A DNA stretch of 64,000 nt from Rhodosorus marinus CCMP1338 (taxonomy: Eukaryota > Plantae > Rhodophyta): positions 2,976,001 through 3,040,000 of the forward strand of contig JAMWBK010000005.1 in assembly GCA_029953675.1 (NCBI GenBank). The letters run 5' to 3'. The translations under genes and the position numbers were made by a program. Shown piece after piece: positions 62,799-64,000 of this stretch (position 1 is the first letter of the stretch; the number at the start of each line of letters is the position of its first letter). Under the pieces are notes generated by a model. The model made no database searches. It worked only from the letters and a program-made list of their open reading frames with translations, and was not told the origin of the DNA.

Positions 62799-63640
62799 AG
62801 ATACGAAGTCACTAGAAGCGATGGTTTGTGGCGTTCGTTGGAGTACGACCCTTAGCCAGAGCATGCGCGAACCACCAACCTCGCGGGGGACAGCCATAAT
62901 CGCTCTTAATCGCTCAGTCGTGATGGTGTGCATTCGCTAGCGCTAGCCGCGGGTGACTCGCAAATTCGAATCGACACAACTGCTAGATACTTGTTTGTCA
63001 TGAAATGTATGAAACTAAAGTTTGGAAAACCTTTGCAGAACTGTAGAATGCTTGTCCCGCTCGCGGGCTTTGCTAGTTGCTTGCAAGAGCACGGCGGCGG
63101 TCGTGGTGGTGGTGCCAGTTCTCATTCTAGTCACGAGCTGAAAGTAATGCTTAAGATGGATATATCGCACAAAGCAAGAGCCCTTCTCCTGCTAGGACCG
63201 GGAAACTTTCAGTAGTACACACCCTTGCCGTAGCTCAATCCTAAATTTTCGCCCAAAGTGCATCAGAAAAGCGATTAACAGAGACTTACCAAACTACTCG
63301 CGGATAATTTCGACCTCTCAATCCATCACAGTCTTGTACAGTCTCCTCAGGCATAACCCGAACCCGTGCAGCACTATGATTCCTTGCCTCGATGTCCCAA
63401 AATCATCCAGATGCAGAGTAACGCATAAAGTATGTAAATATCGAATATAATAAACGAAGTAGGTGTATTTGCATAAAAAACAATTACTCATATTTCCTTT
63501 TCTTTTGCTACTATAAGCCTATTTAGTTTCTTAATATATATCTTATTTATATTGAATACAAATAAATAATATCGATAAAGGTTTGGGACATTGCTACTGT
63601 GTCCCAAAGTTCACGCTCGGTGCTGTCTTAGTGCTTTTTA

Positions 63641-64000
63641 TTAGCACGGTTTGTGTGCTTGGAATGGTTTGGGGATGGGGCGGTTGGTGGTGAAGCAGTT
63701 CGACTTACGAAGACAATATGGATATTTTATCTGAATCAGGACAGCCAGTGAAGCTAGCTGAAGGTAGATGGGTAATGATTCCGACTGTATCTGTTGGTAA
63801 TGTTCCTCAGCTGGCGGTTGATTTATTGGTGAACACTTGGGGGGATTCCTTGGTGGGGCACGTGATGGATCCGAACATGGTTCCGGTCTGTGGGAATGGT
63901 GGTCCTGGATTTTCGATTTCAACTGGCTGTGAGATGTTCGATTTAGGAGGGAAAGGATACGCTTTGCTTCCCCGAGCGCCACCGGCGCCTGGGAGAGCGG
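63641..64000 (-). CDS. C-terminal part of an unidentified ORF entering from the window edge
   Basis: The frame is open from 64000 to the stop at 63641. No recognisable motif. Confidence 0.25.
   Translation of the reverse strand, partial: PLSQAPVALGEAKRILSLLNRTSHSQLKSKIQDHHSHRPEPCSDPSRAPPRNPPKCSPINQPPAEEHYQQIQSESLPIYLQLASLAVLIQIKYPYCLRKSNCFTTNRPIPKPFQAHKPC

Overview
Gene-dense eukaryotic nuclear DNA with short GT-AG introns (mostly about 70-170 nt), so most entries in the six-frame ORF track are exon fragments or antisense shadows. The host is most likely a red alga. Six genes begin with a transit-peptide-like leader carrying an early Phe (MQGFV, MTGGVCFV, MDAFA, MDQMPAF, MESVRTLTGF, MPATDAAFV), and the window holds cyanobacterial-type genes (Hik2/CSK-like kinase, Ycf21). 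Recognisable genes are ATAD2/Yta7, HBS1, an M48 peptidase, RPL13, an alpha/beta hydrolase, Ycf21/DUF98, RFC3, a bZIP factor, RPS16, CSK, a CHR chromate transporter, an F-box-SPOC protein, an SPX-Nudix protein, an AGC kinase, a Dus enzyme, a CCR4-like EEP phosphoesterase and bL33. Intergenic DNA holds the 3' end of an RLE-type non-LTR retrotransposon, several very decayed LINE-RT-like remnants, a nested tandem array of about 1.1 kb, and some perfect hairpins. The most interesting candidates are (1) an SPX inositol-pyrophosphate sensor fused to a DIPP-type Nudix domain with a degenerate catalytic box and (2) an F-box fused to a SPOC phosphoserine-reader domain. All family assignments come from motif recognition by eye; no search was run, and novelty is unverified.
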